Made by a program: the position numbers and the translations under genes. From an uncultured Candidatus Saccharibacteria bacterium (GTDB lineage: Bacteria > Patescibacteriota > UBA1384 > XYA2-FULL-43-10 > CAINNR01), in contig CAYRLY010000001.1 of assembly GCA_964425445.1 (NCBI GenBank), forward strand, positions 5,537-69,536: DNA of 64,000 bases, given 5' to 3'. This document shows positions 39,349 through 47,580 of the stretch, piece after piece. The notes below the pieces were generated by a model. That model ran no database searches, was not told the DNA's origin, and worked only from the letters and a program-made list of their open reading frames with translations. Positions within the stretch are counted from its first letter, which is position 1, and each line of letters opens with the position of its first letter.

Positions 39349-39537
39349 ATGGACGATAGTGTTTTGTCTGACAACGATCTCGATGAGATCGATGACGAAT
39401 ATTACGAAAAGCTGGAAGAAGAGCTACTGGAAGAAGCCGATAAATCAGACCACAAAGAGATGCCGGTTTCCGGCAGAAGTGTTTTTGAGATTGAACGCCT
39501 GAAAAGAAAGAAACAAGAGGACAGAGACAAGGATTAG
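39349..39537 (+). CDS. Small, highly charged hypothetical protein
   Basis: TGnTATAAT 6 nt before the ATG; acidic N-terminal half, basic C-terminus. Confidence 0.6.
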   Translation: MDDSVLSDNDLDEIDDEYYEKLEEELLEEADKSDHKEMPVSGRSVFEIERLKRKKQEDRDKD

Positions 39538-39641
39538 TAACCCATAATTATAATATATCTCGTACCTTTTTCTTCTAAATTTGTGAGCCGTGTGTTTCTG
39601 GCTCTTTTTATTTTGTCCCTTAGATGTTATAATTTTTGCCA

Positions 39642-40535
39642 ATGAAAAAAGAGCGGAAAATCATTTGTATTGTTGGCCCGACGGCCAGCGGAAAAACTGG
39701 CTGGGGGGTTTCTGTTGCCAGGAAGTTCAATGGTGAGATTATTTCAGCTGATTCTAGGCAGGTTTACCGTGGTTTAGATATTGGCACAGGTAAAGATCTC
39801 GAGGACTATCGTGATGTCAAATATCATTTAATTGACATTTGTGAACCGGGTGTATATTTTACGATGTTTGATTGGCTTGAGCGCGCCAGAGAAATTATTG
39901 AAGATATTTTTACTCGTGGCAAAACACCTATTATTGTTGGAGGGACAGGGTTATATGTTCAAGCATTGATCGAAGGATTTGAGCTAAAAGTCGAAAGTCA
40001 AAAGTCGAAAGTCAAAAGATATCGGAGGGAGGAACTGGAATCTAAGTCGCTAGAAGAATTGCAAAAAATCATTTTTAAATTGAAAATTTTAAATTCTAAA
40101 TTGGATATGAATAATCCTCATCGAATAATCCGGGCAATTGAGAAAGTCCAGTCCGGTGAAATTGCTAATAAAAAGAAACCGGATTTTCAAGCATTGCAAA
40201 TTGCTATCGATCTACCACGCGATGTTTTATATGATCGAATAGATCAAAGAGTTGAAGAGCGTTTTGAACAGGGAATGCTGGAAGAGGTAAAAAGCTTGAT
40301 TGCCTCTGGAGTTGATAAAAAATGGTTGCTTGGATTGGGGCTTGAATATCGAATTATTGGTAGATTTGTGCTAGGTGAAAATAACCAAATCTTTGATGAG
40401 ATGAAACAGGAACTTAAATACAAAATTCATGCTTTTGCCCGACGCCAGCTAACTTGGTTTCGGCGTTTTCCGGAGATTGTTTGGTGTAACGATTTAAAAT
40501 CGGCTGAAGAAGAAATTAAAAAATTTCTGATATAA
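39642..40535 (+). CDS. miaA: tRNA dimethylallyltransferase
   Basis: VGPTASGKT, ISADSRQVY, VGGTGLY, RRQLTWF. Confidence 0.96.
   Translation: MKKERKIICIVGPTASGKTGWGVSVARKFNGEIISADSRQVYRGLDIGTGKDLEDYRDVKYHLIDICEPGVYFTMFDWLERAREIIEDIFTRGKTPIIVGGTGLYVQALIEGFELKVESQKSKVKRYRREELESKSLEELQKIIFKLKILNSKLDMNNPHRIIRAIEKVQSGEIANKKKPDFQALQIAIDLPRDVLYDRIDQRVEERFEQGMLEEVKSLIASGVDKKWLLGLGLEYRIIGRFVLGENNQIFDEMKQELKYKIHAFARRQLTWFRRFPEIVWCNDLKSAEEEIKKFLI
39987..40018 (+). repeat. Heptamer tract in frame in miaA
   Basis: AAAGTCG AAAGTCA AAAGTCG AAAGTCA. Confidence 0.9.
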
Positions 40536-40542
40536 TTGATTT

Positions 40543-41832
40543 GTGATATTTGCCAAAATAAATAATTGGCTGCTCTCAAGGGGCGTGAGTTTTAGCAAAA
40601 AAGGCCTAGCCATTAGAGGCTTGGTTTTTTCGTGGATTGTCATCGCCGGAATGTTTACCATCTGTGGTGCCAGTTTTTGGGTGGCAAACGAATACAAATC
40701 GCTGGATGATCAACCAGATGATCAAGAAGTGGCGCTTGATAGCTCGGAAGAGTCGCAAGATGAGGAACAAGTGTCAACTGAAGGCACTGGCCAAACTGCT
40801 ACAACTAAGAAAAAATCTACTACCAGTAGTGGCTCCGGTAGTACTCCGCCAGCAGCGCCGGTTCCGGGTCCTGGCGAGCCGGAAACTCCGACGGCGGTTA
40901 GCAAACAGGTAGCAGTTTATCTGCCCTATTGGGATATGGAAAACGCTTTTTCTTCACTCCAAGCCAATGCTGACAAGATTAGCGTTGCTCATCCAGTTTG
41001 GTATTATCCAAATAGTGCTGGTGGAATCGAGCAATTCACTGGCGCTGGCAACGGAGCAATAATCAACTTTAGCCGAAGTAATAATATTAAAATCATTCCT
41101 AGCTTAAATAATGAGTGTAATCCGACAGCGATCGAACAGGTGCTCTCCGATTCTGGTAAAACTGCGACCCATATTCAAAATATTATCTCCTTGGTTGGCA
41201 CTTATGGCTACGATGGGGTTGATATCGACTACGAATGCTTTACTAATGTTGGGTTGAAAGACAGCTATTCAAATTTTATCGGCAATTTAGCCAATGAGCT
41301 TCATTCTCGAGGCAAATATTTAACAACCGCAGTTCATGCCAAAACCTCAGATGCTGGTGGTTGGTCTGGCACAGCGGCCCAAGACTGGAGTGCAATCGGT
41401 AATTATGTTGATCAAATGCTAATTATGACATATGACTATCACTGGAATACATCTGCTGCTGGTGATATCGCACCACTTTCTTGGATGCAGTCAGTTCTTT
41501 CCTACGGCAAGACAAAGGTCAACGCAAGTAAGATTCTTTTGGGTATTCATTTCTACGGCTATGATTGGGTAGGGACCTCGGGCACTGATAAAACCTATAA
41601 TGAAATTCAAGCAATCATTGCTGCCCACTCTCCCAACGTTTCGATTTCTGGCGAAACAGAAAAATATTTTACATATAATGATGGCTCCCCCCACACTGTA
41701 TATTTTGCTGATCGCGATGTCGTTGCTCCCAGAGTAAATTTGGTTAACAGTTATTCTGTAGCGGGGATTGGGATTTGGCGAATTGGTCAGGAAGATAGTG
41801 AAAACTGGCAGAAGATTGATCAAGCATTTTAA
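40543..41832 (+). CDS. Membrane-anchored GH18 glycoside hydrolase
   Basis: YDGVDIDYE catalytic motif, IMTYDYH, GIGIWRIGQED; N-terminal TM plus S/T/P linker. Confidence 0.85.
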   Translation: MIFAKINNWLLSRGVSFSKKGLAIRGLVFSWIVIAGMFTICGASFWVANEYKSLDDQPDDQEVALDSSEESQDEEQVSTEGTGQTATTKKKSTTSSGSGSTPPAAPVPGPGEPETPTAVSKQVAVYLPYWDMENAFSSLQANADKISVAHPVWYYPNSAGGIEQFTGAGNGAIINFSRSNNIKIIPSLNNECNPTAIEQVLSDSGKTATHIQNIISLVGTYGYDGVDIDYECFTNVGLKDSYSNFIGNLANELHSRGKYLTTAVHAKTSDAGGWSGTAAQDWSAIGNYVDQMLIMTYDYHWNTSAAGDIAPLSWMQSVLSYGKTKVNASKILLGIHFYGYDWVGTSGTDKTYNEIQAIIAAHSPNVSISGETEKYFTYNDGSPHTVYFADRDVVAPRVNLVNSYSVAGIGIWRIGQEDSENWQKIDQAF

Positions 41833-41852
41833 ATATTTTCTGGAATGTTGGA

Positions 41853-43388
41853 ATGAAAATTGCCAAGGTAAAAAGTTGCGCAGTTTTTGGGCTGGATGCT
41901 TATCCAGTTGAAGTTGAAGTCGATATTGGACGGGGGCTCCCGTCTTTTTCAATAGTCGGGTTGCCCGACAAAGCAATTGACGAATCAAAGGATCGTGTTC
42001 GTAGTGCGATAAAAAACTCTGGCTTGTTTTTCCCCGACAAGCGCTTGACGGTCAACTTGGCCCCCGCGGATATTAAAAAAGAGGGCCCGACTTACGATCT
42101 GCCGATCGCTGTCTCGATTCTTTTGGCCGGTGAGCAAATTTCTGATGAGTCAATTAGCAGCGATGATATATTTATCGGCGAACTTTCTTTATCGGGCGAA
42201 TTGCGCGCGGTCTCTGGGATATTACCGATGATAATGGCAGCAAAGGAATGGAAAGTAAGGAGAGTTTTTATCCCAGTTGATAATTCAAAAGAAGCCGAGT
42301 TGATAAGTGGGCTGGACATCTATTCGGTTCGATCGCTTGAAGAGCTTGTTAATTTCTTGCGTGGCGAGATTGAAATCAAGCCGATCGAAAAAACCGGTAT
42401 TGTCGAATCAGAAGAAATAATTTCTGAATATGACTTCGCTTTTGTTGCTGGGCAGGAAAATGCCAAACGGGCGCTAGAAATTGCTGCTGCCGGTTCCCAT
42501 AATGTGCTTTTGTCTGGCCCGCCGGGTTCTGGCAAAACTCTTTTGGCCAGAAGTCTGCCGACAATCTTGCCACCGATGGAGGAAGACGAGATTCTGGAGA
42601 GCTCAAAAATTTACAGTGTTGCTGGGCTACTTCACCGCGGAGATCTGGGGATAGTGAGCAAAAGGCCGTTTCGGTCGCCACATCACACAACTTCTTCAGT
42701 TGCGATGGTTGGTGGAGGCACTTGGCCAAGACCGGGTGAGATCTCCCTGTCGCATCGCGGAGTTCTTTTTTTGGATGAATTCCCAGAATTTCCCCGAAGC
42801 GTTCTTGAAGCTTTGCGCCAACCGTTAGAAGATGGCTTGGTCACTGTTTCTCGCGCTCAAGGTTCAATAAGTTTTCCGGCGCAGTTTATATTACTCGCGG
42901 CTCAAAATCCTTGTCCGTGTGGTTATCTTGGCTCCGATTATCGTGAGTGTATCTGCAGCCCAACACAAATTATTAAATATCAAAAAAAAGTTTCCGGCCC
43001 TCTCCTGGATCGAATTGATATGTATGTTGAGGTTCCAAGGGTAAAGATTGAAAAATTATCGGCAACCGTCAAAGCGGAACCAAGCAAAACTGTGAGATCT
43101 AGAGTGATGATAGCAAAAAAAATACAACAAGAAAGATTTAAAGGGACTAAAATCAAGTCGAATTCTGAAATGAGAAATAATGATATCAAAAAATACTGTC
43201 AGGTTGATGAGCGAACAAAGAAACTTCTAAATTCAGCGGTTGAAAGACTCGGGCTCTCTGCTAGAGGTTATCACCGGATTTTAAAGCTGGCGCGCTCAAT
43301 ATCTGACTTAGCAAACGAAAAAAATATTTCTTCCACACATATTGCAGAGGCCTTGCAATATCGGCCAAAAGAGAAGAAAGAATATTAA
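41853..43388 (+). CDS. comM: YifB/ComM Mg-chelatase-like AAA+ ATPase
   Basis: IVGLPD, VNLAPAD, GPPGSGKT, FRSPHH, NPCPCG. Confidence 0.93.
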   Translation: MKIAKVKSCAVFGLDAYPVEVEVDIGRGLPSFSIVGLPDKAIDESKDRVRSAIKNSGLFFPDKRLTVNLAPADIKKEGPTYDLPIAVSILLAGEQISDESISSDDIFIGELSLSGELRAVSGILPMIMAAKEWKVRRVFIPVDNSKEAELISGLDIYSVRSLEELVNFLRGEIEIKPIEKTGIVESEEIISEYDFAFVAGQENAKRALEIAAAGSHNVLLSGPPGSGKTLLARSLPTILPPMEEDEILESSKIYSVAGLLHRGDLGIVSKRPFRSPHHTTSSVAMVGGGTWPRPGEISLSHRGVLFLDEFPEFPRSVLEALRQPLEDGLVTVSRAQGSISFPAQFILLAAQNPCPCGYLGSDYRECICSPTQIIKYQKKVSGPLLDRIDMYVEVPRVKIEKLSATVKAEPSKTVRSRVMIAKKIQQERFKGTKIKSNSEMRNNDIKKYCQVDERTKKLLNSAVERLGLSARGYHRILKLARSISDLANEKNISSTHIAEALQYRPKEKKEY

Positions 43389-43389
43389 A

Positions 43390-43707
43390 CTAGCTGGTAC
43401 GAATATTTAGAACTTTGATCAGCCAATCACCAAGTTTGTCGATTAGATCAGTCTGATTTTGGAGTATTTTCACACCAGCGAGAATGAGAACTAGAACAAA
43501 AACTGTGATTAAAATCATTTTAATATCTCTAGAGATCAATTTCTTAGTTGACGCATCAATAGTACTTGCGCTTATCGTCTCGTTTGTTTTTCCCTCATCT
43601 TTAGTATCTATCTCTTGAAAATCTAAATTTTTCTCAGGTGCAGAATACTGCTGGACTTTCTTTTGAATCTTTTCTTTTCTTTTCTTATTGCGATTTCTTT
43701 TGCTCAT
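43390..43707 (-). CDS. Small membrane protein with basic N-terminus
   Basis: 105-aa ORF with one TM helix. Confidence 0.6.
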   Translation of the reverse strand: MSKRNRNKKRKEKIQKKVQQYSAPEKNLDFQEIDTKDEGKTNETISASTIDASTKKLISRDIKMILITVFVLVLILAGVKILQNQTDLIDKLGDWLIKVLNIRTS

Positions 43708-43727
43708 AATTATTATATAAATTTATA

Positions 43728-43802
43728 TGGAGCGGGAAACGGGACTTGAACCCGCGACCTCATCCTTGGCAAGGACGCGCTCTACCACTGAGCTACTCCC
43801 GC
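43728..43802 (-). tRNA. tRNA-Gly(GCC)
   Basis: Reverse complement reads GCGGGAGTAGCTCAG..TTGCCAA..GGTTCAAGTCCC..CCCGCTCCA. Confidence 0.96.
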
Positions 43803-43894
43803 GTAATTACACTAAAAAATTTATCATTTTTTTACCTTGTTGTAAAGAATTGATTCTTGTTGATTGACTAAATTTTAATTTTAAAACCCGCGGT

Positions 43895-44485
43895 CTAGTA
43901 GACGCGGGTCGGTGCTTCGGGTATCTCTCCAAGTGCCCGGAGCCGGCGCTGGTTGATCACCTCAAGAGTGATCCTTTTCCAAAGCGGAATCGGCTCAATT
44001 GATGGCACCCAAATGGAAGGGATTCCGAGTCGATTGGCTCCGAGGATGTCGGTGCCGAATTGGTCACCAACCATCAGCGTGTTATCTAGGGTAGCGCCAT
44101 CCATCTCTGACATCGCTATCTCCAGCGCTCGTGGGTTCGGTTTCGTTGGATGTGGCCAGTAGTGGGCGACATACTGACACTCAAGGGCTTCGGCTAGCTT
44201 CTCGATCCGTCTGGCCATGAACCACAATTGAGCGTTTGAGGTCAGGCAGATCTCCCAGCCGTTGTCTTGGGCAGCTCGCAGGTTTTGTGCGATCTCTTCC
44301 GGCACAACCATCTTGCAGATCTGTGTGATTGTGCCATCGACATCGAGCAGCAGCTTAGAAAGTCCTTGTTCTCGCAGCGCTTCGAAGTCAATCGAGGCGA
44401 CGCTGCGAGCCTGGTAAGTCGGGCGGAACCTTTCGATGCTTTGAGCCAACAGAATCACCCCTTCTGGGTTTTTGTTGTGCTGCAA
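43895..44485 (-). CDS. YqeG-like HAD IIIA phosphatase (GC-rich solitary gene)
   Basis: LLDVDGTI, LTSN, KP, MVGDQFGTDILGANRLG; start uncertain. Confidence 0.85.
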   Translation of the reverse strand: MQHNKNPEGVILLAQSIERFRPTYQARSVASIDFEALREQGLSKLLLDVDGTITQICKMVVPEEIAQNLRAAQDNGWEICLTSNAQLWFMARRIEKLAEALECQYVAHYWPHPTKPNPRALEIAMSEMDGATLDNTLMVGDQFGTDILGANRLGIPSIWVPSIEPIPLWKRITLEVINQRRLRALGEIPEAPTRVY

Positions 44486-44589
44486 GGAATAATATTAACA
44501 GATTTAGGTCATTTTGTAAACGCTTTTCAGCTACTAACATTTACAAATTCTTCACATTAGGGTAGTATTTTCATATGACTGTGGCTTCC

Positions 44590-44663
44590 GGCCTCGTGGC
44601 GGAGTGGTTACGCAGCGGTCTGCAAAACCGCGTACGCCGGTTCAATTCCGGCCGAGGCCTCCA
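44590..44663 (+). tRNA. tRNA-Cys(GCA)
   Basis: GGCCTCG/CGAGGCC acceptor stem, GCGGT-CTGCAAA-ACCGC, CCA. Confidence 0.96.
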
Positions 44664-44719
44664 CTCATCAATTAGATTAATTTGGTGTAAACTCTCGTTT
44701 ACTCTGAGTGCAGTAAAAA

Positions 44720-44794
44720 GCCGATGTAGCTCAGTGGTAGAGCAGTGGACTGAAAATCCTCGTGTCGCCAGTTCGATTCTGGCCATCGGCACCA
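44720..44794 (+). tRNA. tRNA-Phe(GAA)
   Basis: GCCGATG/CATCGGC acceptor stem, CTGAAAA loop, CCA. Confidence 0.95.
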
Positions 44795-44817
44795 TTACCA
44801 TTTTTTAAAAATTAAAA

Positions 44818-45039
44818 ATGACTGAGAGCTATTTTCAAATTTTACAAATTATTTTCGCGATTTTGGTGGTAATTTTAATATTATTGCAACAGCAAGGAAG
44901 CGGACTCGGTTCTGCTTTTGGTGGCGAGGGGAATTACTATCGTTCGAAAAGAGGATTAGAAAAGGTATTTTTTTACTTAACCATAGTGTTAATTGTGCTT
45001 TTTGCGGCCTCGGTCATAGTCCCCCTGTTTTTGAACTAA
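44818..45039 (+). CDS. secG: Preprotein translocase subunit SecG
   Basis: ILLQQQGSGLGSAFGG..RGLEK; two TM helices. Confidence 0.92.
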   Translation: MTESYFQILQIIFAILVVILILLQQQGSGLGSAFGGEGNYYRSKRGLEKVFFYLTIVLIVLFAASVIVPLFLN

Positions 45040-45054
45040 TCTCCAGAGGAGAAA

Positions 45055-46629
45055 ATGTCTAACATCAACGATTTTTGGGGGTCGGCAAAAGAGAGATTGA
45101 AGCCGAAAAGAAAAATTTCAATTCGACCGAAAATAGATTACAAAAATAAAATTCTCCCTGTTTTAAGCCGATTTTCCAGCTGGTTAAAATCTTTTATTGT
45201 TCGCATTTCCCGCTTACCGTTTGTTCTTAGTCGCAGGGATAGGTTGATAGTTTTAGTGTTATTTGTTGTGCTTTCAGGATTGATTGGCTATCGTTTTTAT
45301 CGGGAGTATCTAATTAAAACTGAAATTGTGCCAGCTATTGGCGGAACATTTGAAGAAATTCTTATTGGCGAAGCAAACTATTTAAACCCGATTTTGGCGA
45401 AAAATGACACCGACAGAATTATTAATGGTTTGATTTACTCTGGCCTAACGAAAATTGATAGCTCGGGGAGCATTGCACCGGATTTGGCTACTAAATGGGA
45501 AATTACTGATGAGAATAAAACTTATACTTTTCATCTTCGCGATGATGTAAACTGGCATGACGGGATGAAGCTTTCAGCAAACGATGTGGCCTATACAATC
45601 GAGGAAATTAAAGATCAAAATATTAAAAGTCCTTATTTTCAAGCCTGGGAAGACGTGAAAGTTGAAATACCTGATGATCTAACGGTGGTTTTTCGTTTAG
45701 AGAATCCATATGGACCATTTATTTATAATACTCTGGTTGGAATCATTCCCGCGCACATTGATAGCTCAACAATTTCATCATCCCCCGTTGGCACTGGTCC
45801 ATTTAAATTTTCGAAAGCGGTTTCTGATAAAAACAAAAAAATCCAAGAAGTGTTATTGGCGAGGAATGATAATTATTGGTTGGATAAGTATTATATAAAA
45901 AATATTAAATTTCATATCGTTTCTGATGAGAAAAATGCTGAAAAGAAATTTCGGTCAAAAAATATCTCTGCAGTTGCAAATTTACGAATAGAGAGAGAAG
46001 GGACTAAAGATTATTCTTTCCCGACCTCGCGTCATTTTGCTTTGTTATTTAACCTGACTTCCGAAAAATTTAAAGATGAAGCTTTGAGAAAAAAAATCAA
46101 ATCTGAGGAAAACTTTGATCCAAAATTTGAAATGACTTTAACAATACTCGATAGGCCGCTCTATGCGGCTCAAGCCGAGAAGATTAAAAATGACTTTCTT
46201 GACCGAGGTATTGAAATTAATATTGATAAACGCTCGCCGATCGAGTTTCAAACCGTGATTGAGAAAAGACAGTTTGAATCTATGCTTTACGGTTTTGATC
46301 CTGGCTATGACCGCGATCCGTATCCGTTTTGGCATACAAGCGAGATAAATGGCGGGATGAATTATTCCGGTTTTTCAGAGAAAAATGCTGATATCCTTCT
46401 TGAAGATGCGAGAATGACTGTTGACCCAGCGATTAGAAATCAAAAATATGATGAATTTATGAATATTATCAACGAGAAAGTACCGGCGATTTTTTATCAG
46501 AATCAAGACTTTATTTTTTCCGTCAAAGATACGGTAAAAGGAATCGAAAAAATTGACGGTGACGAACCCTGGGATCATCTAAATTCAATTCGAGACTGGT
46601 ATATTAAAACCAAGAGAGTAAAACCATAA
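45055..46629 (+). CDS. ABC transporter substrate-binding protein, family 5 (peptide)
   Basis: PDLATKW, YTFHLRDDVNWHDG, PVGTGPFK. Confidence 0.88.
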   Translation: MSNINDFWGSAKERLKPKRKISIRPKIDYKNKILPVLSRFSSWLKSFIVRISRLPFVLSRRDRLIVLVLFVVLSGLIGYRFYREYLIKTEIVPAIGGTFEEILIGEANYLNPILAKNDTDRIINGLIYSGLTKIDSSGSIAPDLATKWEITDENKTYTFHLRDDVNWHDGMKLSANDVAYTIEEIKDQNIKSPYFQAWEDVKVEIPDDLTVVFRLENPYGPFIYNTLVGIIPAHIDSSTISSSPVGTGPFKFSKAVSDKNKKIQEVLLARNDNYWLDKYYIKNIKFHIVSDEKNAEKKFRSKNISAVANLRIEREGTKDYSFPTSRHFALLFNLTSEKFKDEALRKKIKSEENFDPKFEMTLTILDRPLYAAQAEKIKNDFLDRGIEINIDKRSPIEFQTVIEKRQFESMLYGFDPGYDRDPYPFWHTSEINGGMNYSGFSEKNADILLEDARMTVDPAIRNQKYDEFMNIINEKVPAIFYQNQDFIFSVKDTVKGIEKIDGDEPWDHLNSIRDWYIKTKRVKP

Positions 46630-46647
46630 TTTATTTTGTGGAAATAG

Positions 46648-46734
46648 GGGCGAATGGTGGAATTGGTAGACACGCAGCGTTCAGAACGCTGTGGCCGCAA
46701 GGTCGTGGAGGTTCAAGTCCTCTTTCGCCCACCA
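46648..46734 (+). tRNA. tRNA-Leu(CAG)
   Basis: GGGCGAA/TTCGCCC acceptor stem, CAGCG-TTCAGAA-CGCTG, long variable arm, CCA. Confidence 0.97.
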
Positions 46735-46751
46735 AATTTTAGAAAAGTAAT

Positions 46752-46849
46752 AGGACTTGAAAGCCGGAGTCCGCCATGGCGGACGAGGCGGGGTCGACGA
46801 ATTCGCCAGCAGACGAATATCGGTGACCAAGTCCTCTTTCGCCCACCAA
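46752..46849 (+). mobile_element. tRNA-associated structured element, copy 2, with 22-bp tRNA 3'-end duplication
   Basis: 46828-46849 equals 46714-46735; core shared with copy 1. Mobility is inferred. Confidence 0.7.
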
Positions 46850-46955
46850 GCTTTACATTTAAATTGAATTTTGTTAAGATACAGACAATAAAATCATTAA
46901 ACTAGCTTGAATAAGAATAATTATTATCTCGGGCTAGTTCCGGGATTTTTTGTTC

Positions 46956-47032
46956 GGGCGATTAGCTCAGCTGGTTAGAGCGCCTCGTTTACACCGAGGA
47001 GGTCGCGGGTTCGATCCCCCCATCGCCCACCA
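46956..47032 (+). tRNA. tRNA-Val(TAC)
   Basis: GGGCGAT/ATCGCCC acceptor stem, CCTCG-TTTACAC-CGAGG, CCA. Confidence 0.93.
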
Positions 47033-47033
47033 T

Positions 47034-47120
47034 GCCGAGGTGGTGGAATTGGTAGACACGCAGCCTTGAGGTGGCTGTGCCCGCAAGGGCGTGGAGGTTC
47101 AAGTCCTCTCTTCGGCACCA
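47034..47120 (+). tRNA. tRNA-Leu(GAG)
   Basis: GCCGAGG/CTTCGGC acceptor stem, CAGCC-TTGAGGT-GGCTG, CCA. Confidence 0.96.
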
Positions 47121-47163
47121 TTCAACTCGCACTGCTCGCTCATGGCAGGCCAAAAATTTATTT

Positions 47164-47556
47164 ATGCCAGATAACTTTTTTACAACTGAATATCTTTTTG
47201 CAACAGTTGCACCGACAAACAAAGTCACTTTTTTTGTTCTTCTTGGTGCCTACGTTATTTTTATTGTTTTGGCATATTTGACCAGCATCAATAAAAAAAT
47301 GCACAAACAGCTCAAAGCCTGGGTTTTTAACTATTTTTTAACTCTTGGCACAGTCGGTGTAATAATTTCATTTTTCCGTTCACAAAGTATACCTTATCTT
47401 GGAAGCAGATTCGCGATGTTGGTAGTTATTTTCACGGCGATTATCTGGTATTTTGCGATTGTTTTTTACACACTGTTTAAAATGCCCAACGAAGTAAAAA
47501 TGACTAAAAACGAAGAAACTTATCAGAAATATTTACCGAAGAAAAAAAATAAATGA
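47164..47556 (+). CDS. Hypothetical membrane protein with 3 TM helices
   Basis: ATG 47164 after the tRNA; FFRSQSIPYLGSRF and YQKYLPK. Confidence 0.7.
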   Translation: MPDNFFTTEYLFATVAPTNKVTFFVLLGAYVIFIVLAYLTSINKKMHKQLKAWVFNYFLTLGTVGVIISFFRSQSIPYLGSRFAMLVVIFTAIIWYFAIVFYTLFKMPNEVKMTKNEETYQKYLPKKKNK

Positions 47557-47580
47557 TTTTTTTAGAAAGGAATAATTAAG

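Noticed and set aside
16748-40104. CRISPR array or intein explanation for the repeat tracts
   Set aside because: No repeat-spacer structure and no cas genes; the inserts are far too short and lack intein splice motifs.
39124-46849. Genomic island between the two tRNA-Leu genes
   Set aside because: Each duplication matches only its own tRNA 114-148 bp away; the intervening genes are housekeeping and there is no integrase.
44571-47281. Short ORFs at 44571-44808, 46654-46905, 46989-47281 and the 47071 start
   Set aside because: They are translations of tRNA genes and of the tRNA-associated element.
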